Assembly (NCBI GenBank): GCA_001244265.2
Contig: CDLV01000009.1
Span: 248,001-312,000, forward strand
Direction: 5' to 3'
Source of the DNA: Microbotryum violaceum
Lineage: Eukaryota
DNA length: 64,000 bases
This document shows positions 48,765-59,189 of the stretch, one piece after another (the stretch's first letter is position 1; every line of letters starts with the position of its first letter). The notes below the pieces were generated by a model, which ran no database searches, was not told the DNA's origin, and saw nothing but the letters and a program-made list of their open reading frames with translations. Both the position numbers and the translations under genes were made by a program.

Positions 48765-50743
48765 TACGATCGCGCCTTCGTTGCAGCAGCAGCTCCCTTG
48801 ATGGACAACATAGGTCCGAATGTGGGTGACGGGAGAGGGTCCGCAGCAGTCGATTCGTTCCAGTCCGATGTGCGCGCAACGCTGGTGAGACGCTGGATAC
48901 GCTCGGACCGGCGAAGACCCTGGGAAGTTCCTTCTTCCACCTCCTGCTTGGGCTCGGGCTCGGGATCACACACTGGACCTGGAGACGGCGAAGGCATCCA
49001 ACCGGTCACAGACGGGGTGCGGTCCAACTCGGTGATCTCATCGTACAGACCGGCATCCTGTTTGCGCTCGCGATCCGACACACGATTCATCCAGTCGTCA
49101 GGAAGGCCGTCCATATCAAGCTGATGGTGACTGGCCGATCGGAACCGCGTCAGCTCAGGGGTCGTCGAGACAACCTCAGGCATAGACCCCGTCTCGGCCG
49201 ACTGCGATTCCCCTTCTTCCGCGTCACTCGTCTCCGTGTGTTCCTCCTGGTTCCCCTCCGCTCCGCGGTCCTGCAGATCCGACAGATCCGAAGGCTCCAA
49301 CGGCGGCACCTCCTGCTGTGGTTCCAGCTGTGCCTCGACTACGCTCATCGCGTCCTCGTCGTCCTCGAGAGCCTGAGCGGGCTCCCCCTGCGCCTCTTCG
49401 GCCACGTCGCCGGCCAGACTTGCGAATGGGTTTGCGGCGACGATGAAACCGCAAAGGGCGGATGCTGTGAGTGTAGAGCTTTGTGAACGAGCAGGGTAGA
49501 CTCGTGGTGAGTTGTTAGTGGCCCTTGTGGGAGATGCGTTCTTCTTTGAACGCTTGGACGCGACAGGGGACATTGGGGGAGAGGGAGAGGCTACATCACC
49601 TCTGCGTTGTTTTTGGGGGTCGAGGTTTGCTCGATGCTGCTTTGGGGCTCGGCCTGGGGCCTTTGGTTGTTGTTATTTTTCTGGGCGGCCTGCTGACGCT
49701 GGACCGGCTTTTGAACGCAGTTGTCGGAGTGGCCTACAAAACCGCATCGGCGGCAGGAGGCTTCGGCCTCGTAGTCGTGGCGAAGGGGGTGAGAGTTGCG
49801 AGTCGTCCTCGAAGGTCGATCCTCGTCGGTAGAACCTGTCGAAGTTGAGCACCGTTGTTTTTGAACAGATCGTCGTCGTCGAACTGGACGATGGCCGCGT
49901 AGTTTCCTCGAGCAACGAGATACGAGCCTTGAACGACTGTTAGAGGCTGCTGGAGTTGGAGCAAGTCGCATTTGTGGCCGTCCCCGGTAAGCTTGGCGAC
50001 GACGCCTTGCAGTTTGCTCCAGAGGTCGTCATTCGTGTATTCAGCCTCAGGACTGATGATGAAACGCAGTTCGACGACGTTCTTGACGAACGCCAAGCGC
50101 TTGCGGACTTGGGCAAAGGAGCGTTTCCACTCGATCTTGGTCGCCGCGTCGTGGACTTGGTCGAGCGCCGCTGCGCTAGCGCAGCGCACCACGAACTTGA
50201 ACCGGGTGTTGCCGTTTTGGATGATCGACTCCGGTGCGACTCCATGGATGACTGGAGCGTATTTCTGGAGCTCGGGGGGAGGACAACTCCTGCGGGCAGG
50301 TTAAAACACAACCACGTGTCGGGCGACAGGGTACGGAGCACCTTCGAGTACAACTCGGACTTCTCGCGTTCAGTGGCCACACCGGTGTGTTCGAACGTGA
50401 CTTCAAGAACGGCACCAGACGTGTCGGCGATTGGTTTCGTTGCATTGAGTGCGCTAAAGCGCAGGGAGGTGGCCCGGTCCTTGCCGAAGCCGAGTGCTTC
50501 TTTGAGCACAAGGATGCGGGTGCCCTGGCGTGTGCCATCTTCGACACTGATCATCTTCAGGATCCTCGCGACATCCTCCTTCCTCTTCTTCTCTTCATCA
50601 CGCTTTTCCTGGTACAGCGCTAGGCCGGGATTCCCTGGTCCCTCGGCGGCATCGGCCTCCGCCCCCGCGTCACCACGTGGTTGCCCCGTCGCTGCCGGCT
50701 CCGGAGGGCCGCGGCCCGGATCAGGCGGTGCCTGGTCGGACAT
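48764..50743 (-). CDS. Family B ORF1 (gag-like, zinc knuckle, acidic C-terminus; frameshifted as assembled)
   Basis: ATG 50743 MSDQAPPDPG; ATSLRFSALNA shared with family C; LRHDYEAEASCRRCGFVGHSDNC; stop TAA overlaps the ORF2 ATG. Confidence 0.85.
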
Positions 50744-50813
50744 TGGGTCGATAGCTGATGTAGCGGTTGATGTATTCGATGTATTGACGTTTGCCGAGGT
50801 AGGGTAGTGCGAT

Positions 50814-51008
50814 AAAGATGAAAGATGAAAGATGAAAGATGAAAGATGAAAGATGAAAGATGAAAGATGAAAGATGAAAGATGAAAGATGAAAGATGAAA
50901 GATGAAAGATGAAAGATGAAAGATGAAAGATGAAAGATGAAAGATGAAAGATGAAAGATGAAAGATGAAAGATGGAAGATGAAAGATGGAAGATGAAAGA
51001 TGAAAGAT
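50814..51008. repeat. Microsatellite (AAAGATG)n, about 28 copies, at the 5' end of element B
   Basis: Read directly; two GGAAGAT variant units near the right end. Confidence 0.97.
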
Positions 51009-51478
51009 ATCAAATGTTTTTTTTTTTCTGTAGAAAACGTTCATCATATTGCCCCAGTTCCTGTTCCCCCTGTTTTGGCCTACGGAAAAAAACTAGATGG
51101 AAGACTACGATGATAACACAAACCGCCCGCAAAAGTGCGAGAAACGAGCCAAGTCCACCAATCCGAGATTCGGATTCAAATGCCCTAGCCAAGCGGTTGC
51201 TCCCCCCAGGAGACTAATGAGAGAGAGAAAGAGAGATGAAGAGAAAAAAAGAAAGAAAAGAAATGTACTAACGACAGAAGGCCCACCCCACAGCCACTTC
51301 CCACTCGGTCGAGACGAAGACAAGAGCACGACTGCGCAACCACCACGACCCTCGACGCTCCAAGTCTCTGCTCAGTCACAACAAGACGCGGTGAAGGTCC
51401 CTCAAAACCTCCCCCATCGGCAGTCCCTGGCCCCTCAAAGCCGACTTTCTGCCTGTGTCCGCTGATCCCTCCCTTGAC

Positions 51479-54400
51479 TCAGAACCCCGAAGCCGAAGAG
51501 CGCGAGCCACACCGAGTCGACGCCAAATCGCGAGATGGTCCATGATCCGCAACGGTGAACCTGTAACAAATGAAAGATGAAAGCGATCTATTTAGTGTAC
51601 AGTAGGAGAAAATAATGTCACGAGAATTTGGTGTGTGTGTGTGGTGGTGGTGGGGGGAAAGTCGAACCCAGCCTCTACTGCCCTCTCCTCCCCAAGCTCC
51701 TCCCGCCCTCAGCTTCAACCTCTCCTCCAAGATGATCCTCCTCCTCACAACACCCTCCATCTTCGTCCCCCACTTCTGCATCCCCCACCTCCAGCTGCTG
51801 ATCATCTCCAAGACCAGCCCGGTGAATATTTCGATCGTCCTCCCCGCTCCTTCTTGATCGCGTAGACTGGCCTTGAGCTTCGGAAGTCCGAACATGCGTT
51901 GAACAGCCGTGTAATGCGTGTTGTCGATCGTGTCGAGCCCCAGTGCGTCGCAGAGCACGCTCCTTGCCGCGATCCAAACGTTCCCAGAGTCAACGCAGTC
52001 GAAAAAGTAGTGGTCGGTGTCGTCCACCGGCGCCTCGCAGACGAGGCACGCGGGAGAAGTGTCGTGATTCTGTTGGTGTTGCAGCTTGCGCGTCGGGGTG
52101 AAGCGGAGAATCAGCTTGAACCAAACTTCCCTCTCCCTCGCCGTCAGTGCCTTCGAGTTGACCGCCTTCCAAAAGCTCCTGAGGTCGTCCGGCTGCGGTG
52201 GTCCCTTGAGCCCGAGCGTGTTGGTAAAGGCCTTCGCGTTCAGGACCCGGCGGATGCGACGGATGGTGTACGGTCGAGCCATGTTCAGCAGCTTGTACTG
52301 GCTCGCCTGCTGTGGAAGCACCGGGTCCGGAAGGCGCTGCTCCATTGCGAAGCGGGCCACGGGCTTGGGAGAATCGCCTCGAGCGGTGCGCTGGTGCCGA
52401 TCCGGGGAGGCACGTTGAGCCGTCCTGCCGCCACCGCCACCGCCAAGGGCGTGTTCTTGTGTCGATCGACAGTAAACCGGTACCAGGCCGCGATTGCCAG
52501 TCGCTGCGGGAGCCCGCGTCGATCGTACTCGCTGTTGTCGCCGAGCACATCCGCCGGCGGCGTCCAAAGGTGAAACCCCCCACCCGCATACAACTCGCGC
52601 CGGTAGAGATCCGCCACCTTCGGGTAGCCCTGAAGACGAAGGTAGTCAGGTATATGAACCGCGTCGATGGTCTGTCTCCCTCTGATGGGGGTGTGGAGGC
52701 TGCCGAGCAAGGTGGGAAGCGCGAGCAGGTTCGCGGTGGTCAAGGTCCTCGGGTTGACCTGCGCGTCTTGCTGTTTCGGAACCCCAATGCTGCTCGCCAT
52801 CGGGGATGGAGGTCGCTGGGGATGGGAGTGGATGGATGTGGCCAGAGATCGGTGGCCAGGTCGAGGTCGGACTGAGCTCGCTGGAGTGCCACGCGCGCAA
52901 GTCCTTGCCAGATCGCGCCCGAACCGCCGAGAAGAACGTCCCAGATCCGTGCCGCAACCGCGTCCACGACGTCCTGCATCCTGATCACCCCGAGTCCCCC
53001 TTGAGCTTGGCTGTGAACACGATATCTCTGCCGTAGCTGGTCCTGCCCTTGCCCCACGGACGAAATCGACGAGCATGTCATCGAGCTTCTTGACGACTTC
53101 GGGCGGCGGGATGTCGGCTGCAAGGAAGTGCAGGATCTTGGGGATGGCGTACCGATTGACGTAAAAGGCACGGGTGTGGTGTGTGAGCCAGCGATGCTGA
53201 ACCCCTTCCAGCGTCGCCTCGAGGCGTTCGATGAGATTCGCGTAGGCGAGTTCGGTGTCGCCGCTCGGGTCGAAGGGGAGGCCGATCCACTCGAGCGACT
53301 CGCCTGCGGCCTTGACGACGAGCGGGCGTTGCCCGGGTCCCAGCGGCGTCCGATCGGTAGGACGACCGTCTTGTCCGTGTTGAGCCGGCCATTCGTTGCA
53401 TGCCTCCAGTCGAGCGCCAGGTCATCGAGCAAGTTGAGTGACCCCAAGCCCGCGACGGCGACGACAACGTCATCGGCAAAAGCAAGCGATGTAATGGCGC
53501 GGCTCTGTGGGTACGGATGAAGTGCAGGTATGGAGAGATTCAGCGCGATGTTTCGACGGTGTAGAGCATCCAGAAACGGCTGAAACACGATGTCCCAGAC
53601 CGACGACGACGCCGGGTCCCCTTGGCCGAGCCCACACGTCAGTCGTACCGGCGCCGTCAAGAACCCATTGATGATGTAGCGGGCCGAGGTCGAGTCACCC
53701 GAGTAGAGCATCCTCAGCACGCGAAGAAAGGTGGCAGGAGCGCCCAGAGCGTCAAAGATGGCAAAGATCCAGTCATGCTCGACGAGGTCGTAGGCGGACG
53801 ATTGGTCAAGAGATAAGAGTGCGGCCGCGGGGAACTCGGTCCTGCGCGCGCCAACTTCCTCGATCAGGAGACGAAGGTGTAGTGCAGCGTCAGCCGATCG
53901 GCGGTCCTTGACGAATCCGTGCTGCTGCGGCGGGAGGAGATCCGGTAGAATTTGGTTCAAACGGGCGACATAGACCTTGGTAAAGATCTTGTAATCGCAC
54001 TCGCGCAGGGTGATCGGCCGGTACGCCGAAAGTTCGGCGCGATCAGCATTCTTCTTGTGTCGCTTGAAGATGAGGCGCACGAGTCCTTGGCCCTGCTTGG
54101 GAGAGAGTGAGCCTCGCTCTATCATCGCGTTGTAGGCCTTGGTCAGCACCTTGGCCCACGCCTTGGGTGCGGTCTGGTAGAGTTCGTAGGGCACGCCCGA
54201 CGGTCCCGGCGATCGCCCCGGGTGCGTCGTCCCGATCGCGGCCACGACCTCGTCCTCGGTGATTGGTCGCTGGAGTAAGTCGATCTGCGATTCCGAGAGT
54301 CGGCGCAGAAAGAGAGGATCCGAGCGCGGGTCGTCGCAAGTCCGCGCCGCCCTGATCGGCGCGAGGAATTCGTCCCGAAGTCGGTCGACGCGGTCCGGGT

Positions 54401-55505
54401 CACGAGGCTCGATGCGGTAGAGGCGCTGGATATGCGCCTGCGCGTGGTCAAGAGCGACATCAATGTCATGCGTTAGCTCTCCGTTGCTCAAGCGCAGTGC
54501 TGTGATCTTGGAGTCCGAGTTTCGCGCCGCGAGCTTGGCGTGGACCGGCCGCGACAGTCGTTCCTCGGAGGCGATCTCGGGTACGTGGGCTCGGATCCGG
54601 AGTAGGCGCGCGCGCGCCTCCTCGCCCGCTTGAGTTCCTCGGACGTCCTTGTCCATTCTGCCGTTTCCGCCTCCCCCCATTCCGGTATCGCCTCCAGATC
54701 CTGCACCCTCCCCACCAAATACTCCATCCGTTCCGTCCGCTCCCGATGCAACCTCCTCGCCATCTCCCCACCCCTATCCCTGCACGCCTTCAGAATGACC
54801 TCGAGCTCCCCCACCGGTTCCTCCCCGCTTGCCCCTTCCAACCATCCTTCCATCATCCGCTGGAATTCCACCGTCTTAAAGGTTGTGGTGTTGATTCGAT
54901 GTAGTTGGTTTGATGTGGTAGGTAGGCTGAGCTGTGGAGGGTCGCATCAGGATCGTCTGAGAGAGCCAGCACAATCAAGACCGGTCGGTGATCGGAAAGC
55001 TCCTTGGGATAGTCGTAGATCGTCGAGGCCTGATCGAGTCTTTTTTGGTGTGTCCGTTGCAGGAGAAAGTAGTCAAGCCGGGAGAAGGAGTTGGGTCGCT
55101 TGCGATTGGGATTAGGTCGAGTGAAGGATGGGGTGATGGGGTGTTTGTAGCGGATGCAGTCCGTGTAGGCCGAGTCGAGCTTGCCGATCAGGATTGGCCA
55201 GTGGTGGCCGCGCCGACTTTGGTTCCGCCGATCGACTTCTGGGCGCGGGCAGTCGTTGAGATCACCGCCAAGGAGTCGGAGGTGGGATTTCTGTGTTTTG
55301 TGAAATAAGAGTTTGTCAAAGAATTTCGCTCGTTGCTTTGGGTCAACGGCGCGCGTAAACGTTGTTGATTTCTAGAATTTTGATGTCGCCCCGCAGACGA
55401 AAGGACGTGACGAGGAGCCGGCCGTCGAGTGCCGAGTGGGTGCGCAAGAGCTCGACGTCGATCAGGGGGAGTCAGCCGGAATTAGAGTCAGACAATGTTG
55501 GTTGA
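51479..55505 (-). pseudogene. Family C ORF2 (APE lacking its N-terminus, RT, zinc motif), frameshifted
   Basis: [84 protein letters not shown]. Confidence 0.9.
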
Positions 55506-57632
55506 TCGCCAACCGGCATCGCCGCCGCCGCTGACATCGACCTCGTCACCCTCCGCCCCTCTGTTCCATCCTTGACAACGACGCGGCTCTTCCCTTTGAT
55601 GATCACTCGCTTGGCGTCGGTCGGTTCGTCACTCGGGTCACTGAGGTCCGCCGCAGTCTGCGACCTCTTCATTACCGGCTTTTTGAACTTCGAAGCGGTC
55701 CCCCTGATATTGATGGAACGTATCTCACCGTCCTCATCCCACGTGGCAAAGTTGTGACGCACCAAAGGGGTTTCAGCGTCGAGCCTCCTCTCGATGCTTT
55801 GGTCCCGCTCGAGTCGTGCCTGCTCAACCCAGTTAGCTCTGATCCTGTCCCACTCCTCCCCTCGCGAAGCGACTTGGCAAGAGTTTCGGGTGACAAAGGT
55901 GGGGTTGGTTCGTGGGGTGTCGATTCGCGGGAAGCGGTGGCGGCGGTTGCTGTTGCGTCGCTGTCGTCGTCATTGCCCAGCCTGTTCGTCTCCCCTAAGT
56001 CCGTCGCTTCCGCGTTCTCCGCTTTCGTCGCTCCCCCTGCCTCGTCCACATCGTCCACCTCCGTCGCCACCTCCTCTTCCTCCATCTCCGTCGCCACCTC
56101 CCTTTCCTCCATCTCCGTCGCCACCTTGCCTTCTGTTTCGCCCCTTCCATCCGCCATCACCTCATCCTCATCAATCACCTCTCCATCGGATCCTCCGCAG
56201 TCCTCTAAAACCGACTCGTCCTCGCTCTTAAGTATGATGGCCTCCGTTTTCACGGTCGCCTCTGATTCCATCTCCGAGTCCTCCGAGTCCTCGTCATCCG
56301 CCTTATCACCAGCGTCCTCCTCCCCGATTCCTCTGGCCCCTGTCCGCTCTGGCCAGTTACCGCTTCCTCCTGTCCCTCCTCAACCTCGAGCCCGGCGAAG
56401 CGATTCTGTGATGCGATCCTGTTAACAACCGGCACAGGAATGGGGGCCTCGGCCTCCGCAATGTTGGTGTCGTTGGTGATGGTGTTCTTGTTGGCGTTGG
56501 TGTTGCCGTTGCCGTTGCCGTTGTGAGCCTCCTTTCGCTTGCTCTCCTGATCCAGTCCGCAGGTTCCCACGTGACCAACGAAGTGGCACCTACCGCAAGC
56601 CGCCTCCTTCTCATAGTCATGGCGAAGGGCGGTGACCGGGATGCCTCGAGTGGGAAGGCCGATTCTCGAAGGTAGGATCTCTTTCAAGGTCGTGTTAGGG
56701 CGTTTGAACAGGGAGTCGTCATCGAAGTGTAGGAAAGCTGAGTAGTCTCCGGCAACGTGGGCAAAGGCCGAGGCGTTGTCCACGCTGATAATGCGCAGAA
56801 CCTGCACAAGTTGGCACGAATGTCCCTTGCCTGACAAGTCCTGCACTAGTAATTGGAACGATTTGATGATGGCATCCATGGAAGGCACTCCTTGAACACC
56901 GACGTTGATTCGAAGCTCGACCATGTTATGGTGGAACCTGTGAGATTTCGCGAAGCGGGCCTTCGCCGATCGCCAAGTGAGAGCAGGGGGCGTCGTAAGC
57001 GCAGCGTCACGTGCCTCGCCGGTGACGAACCCAACCGTAACGCGATGGTGAGCCGCCCCATTACGCAGGATTGATGAATGTTGTACGCCTAGGATCTGTG
57101 GTCGATAGGCTGCAAGGTGGTCCGGCAGAGGAACTCCAGGCTCAAAGCAGATAGGAGAGATCGGCGATAACAGCCTCGTGACGCAGGCCACGAGATCGGT
57201 CTTGTCGGCATGAGACGCTCGCGAGGCGCTTTGGTGAGACAGAGTCACTTCAAGGGCGTAATCAAAGATGTTCTCGACAGACCGGTTCGCGTTCAAGGCC
57301 GAGAATTTCAGCGATGTGGCGGTGGCGACGGGGTAGAGTTCGGCGAAGTAGATGGCCTGGACCCAACGATCCATGCGGTTTCCGGGTACAGCACCCATGG
57401 CTTGTAGGAGGCTGCCCAAAGCCTTGGCACGCTGTTGTTGTTGTTGCTGTTGTTCAGGTGACTGAGTCGCCTGACTCGCAGCGGCGGCATAGTTGGGTGC
57501 GGCGGTGGCGGGGCCCGTGACTTGGGTCTTCTTCGAGCTTATCGGGATCTGGTCGCCGGGTGGCTGGACGCTGGTGGCGGACACCGGTGGTGGCGGTGCC
57601 GGCGGTGGGGACCCAGGGTCTCCTGTAGACAT
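55472..57632 (-). CDS. Family C ORF1 (gag-like, zinc knuckle, acidic region; frameshifted as assembled)
   Basis: [45 protein letters not shown]; colinear with family B ORF1. Confidence 0.88.
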
Positions 57633-57688
57633 CTTGTCGGTGTATCACTTGTTAACTCGAGTATCGAAGACTGCGGTAGGGCGATTTC

Positions 57689-57729
57689 GAAGTGAAGTGA
57701 AGTGAAGTGAAGTGAAGTGAAGTGAAGTG
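57689..57729. repeat. Microsatellite (GAAGT)8 at the 5' end of element C
   Basis: Read directly; followed by a T-tract at 57732-57744. Confidence 0.97.
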
Positions 57730-57796
57730 GATTTTTTTTTTTTTCCGTTTTAGCTATATAACGGGCCTTGTGGCCACCAATTTCACAGATTGCATG

Positions 57797-57868
57797 TCCT
57801 TCGTGGGACAACGGTTAGCCTTTCGCGTTTTCACCGCGGCGATCCGGGTTCGATTCCCGGCGGGGGAG
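57797..57868 (+). tRNA. tRNA-Glu(TTC)
   Basis: TCCTTCG..TCGCG TTTTCAC CGCGG..CCGGG TTCGATT CCCGG CGGGGGA G cloverleaf, 72 nt, Glu-type TCC/GGAG ends; one D-stem mismatch. Confidence 0.9.
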
Positions 57869-57869
57869 A

Positions 57870-57878
57870 TTTTTTTTT
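57870..57878 (+). terminator. RNA polymerase III oligo-dT terminator of tRNA-Glu
   Basis: T9 run starting 2 nt after the tRNA 3' end. Confidence 0.85.
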
Positions 57879-58459
57879 ACGCCCCCAACCCCCCCCCCGG
57901 ATTTTTTGTGTTTTTGAGCCAGGCATACCGGGCCGAGTCGCAGCGGCTGCTTTGGTTCCCTAGTCCCTACGCAAAAATGTCACCCACATGCCCAAGCCCT
58001 TTTTGATTTTCAGGCGCTGCGCTTGGCGATGGTGCCGCCCAGCTCGGGGGTTTGTAACTTATCGGCGCGTTTGGCTGAGTTGCCTCTTGAAATTTTGGCT
58101 CAGAAAAGTACCAACTTGCTGTAGCATGGCGAATAAAATCAACCTATACAATCTGTTTCAATAGGCGCATTCTTATGCTATTTTTCGAGCATCTACCCAA
58201 GAGAAGAGTCTTGCAAATCCTATTCATTGAGCTACAGCGGTGAGAGCCGTTATTTTCGACTTGGAGCTGGCTCGCGCACGGACCCAGAGGGACGGTTCGT
58301 CGCGCCGACGTGAATCAGCCAGCCGCGCCTCACCGGTCTCACCTTCGGTCCACAACGCCAGTCCGCGACGTCGCTACCGCCCTCATGATCCACCATGCCC
58401 GTACAAACGCCAGCGCCTGTCAAGGGCACACCTCGTCGGTCTCCATCGATTGAGTTCAG

Positions 58460-58746
58460 AGAGTCGCCCTTGCGATCAGCTTCGAGGGCAAAGCCAACGA
58501 CATCATGGGACCATCACTCAACCAACACAACCCCCGAACTGCTAACCCGTCGCTCTCGGGCTGCTCACTGGAGATCACAATTAACTCAATCGGACTTCTT
58601 GGTCAACTCGATCTTCTCGAGTCAATTGTGATCTCCAGTGAGCAGCGCAAGACCGACGGGTAGGCAGTTCGGGGGTTGTGTTGGTTGATTGATGGTCCCT
58701 TGATGTTGTTGGCTTTGCCCTCGAAGCTGATCGTAAGGGCGAGTCT
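58460..58746. repeat. Long inverted repeat (about 128 bp arms, about 31 bp spacer)
   Basis: 58460-58587 is the reverse complement of 58619-58746 with scattered mismatches. Confidence 0.92.
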
Positions 58747-59189
58747 TTAAGCGTGAGGCCGAGATGAGGAACCAGTCGAGCAAGCGCTCGATACATCTGG
58801 GCGGAAAACCCTGTGGCGAAGGCCTCCTCAGACGCTTCAGCGGGCAATAAAAGGTTTACATCGACCGGAGATAACAATGCTTGATGCGCAATGTATGCTT
58901 GAAGGTCGTACGCGTTGGCCACGTCTCCATTCTGAACGTGTGCATATCCGAAAGTCCTGTGAAGCAGCTCGGAACGTCGATCGAGTTGTTCGTCATTGAA
59001 GTGATGTGCGACGTCGATGTTGTCAAGAGTGACATGGAAGTTGCGGGTTGACCCGATCTCCTTTAGCAACGTCAGATTGGCCATTGTCAGGCTCAAAGCT
59101 GCTCGTCGAGTCGTACGGCGAGAGGTCGTGAGGCCCCAGTCGTACAGGAACGTCGTCAACCGATCGCTCGCTCCACATGCGAGAGCCAT
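58747..59189 (-). pseudogene. DNA-transposon transposase fragment, DUF6589/Academ-like
   Basis: ACGASDRLTTFLYDWGLTTSRRT...LDNID...HRTFGY resembles motifs I recall from fungal DUF6589/Academ-type transposases; truncated. Confidence 0.6.

Larger units (their letters stand above)
43341..51008 (-). mobile_element. Full-length L1/Tx1-like non-LTR retrotransposon family B (about 7.7 kb)
   Basis: Microsatellite head, short 5'UTR, ORF1 with CCHC knuckle, ORF2 APE-RT-zinc motif, about 1.4 kb 3'UTR, poly(A) tail. Confidence 0.95.
51017..57729 (-). mobile_element. Near full-length L1/Tx1-like non-LTR retrotransposon family C (internal deletion at the ORF1/ORF2 junction)
   Basis: Poly(A) tail 51017-51027, 3'UTR, ORF2, ORF1, microsatellite head. 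Confidence 0.95.

Noticed and set aside
50814..51047. ORF with (IFHLSSF)n repeats extending family B ORF1
   Set aside because: Translation of the 7-bp microsatellite; the credible start is ATG 50743 (MSDQAPPDPG), matching the family C N-terminus
50814..57729. Microsatellites as telomeric repeats or as Tx1-type target repeats
   Set aside because: Not TTAGGG-like, interstitial, different for each family and present only on the 5' side of each element
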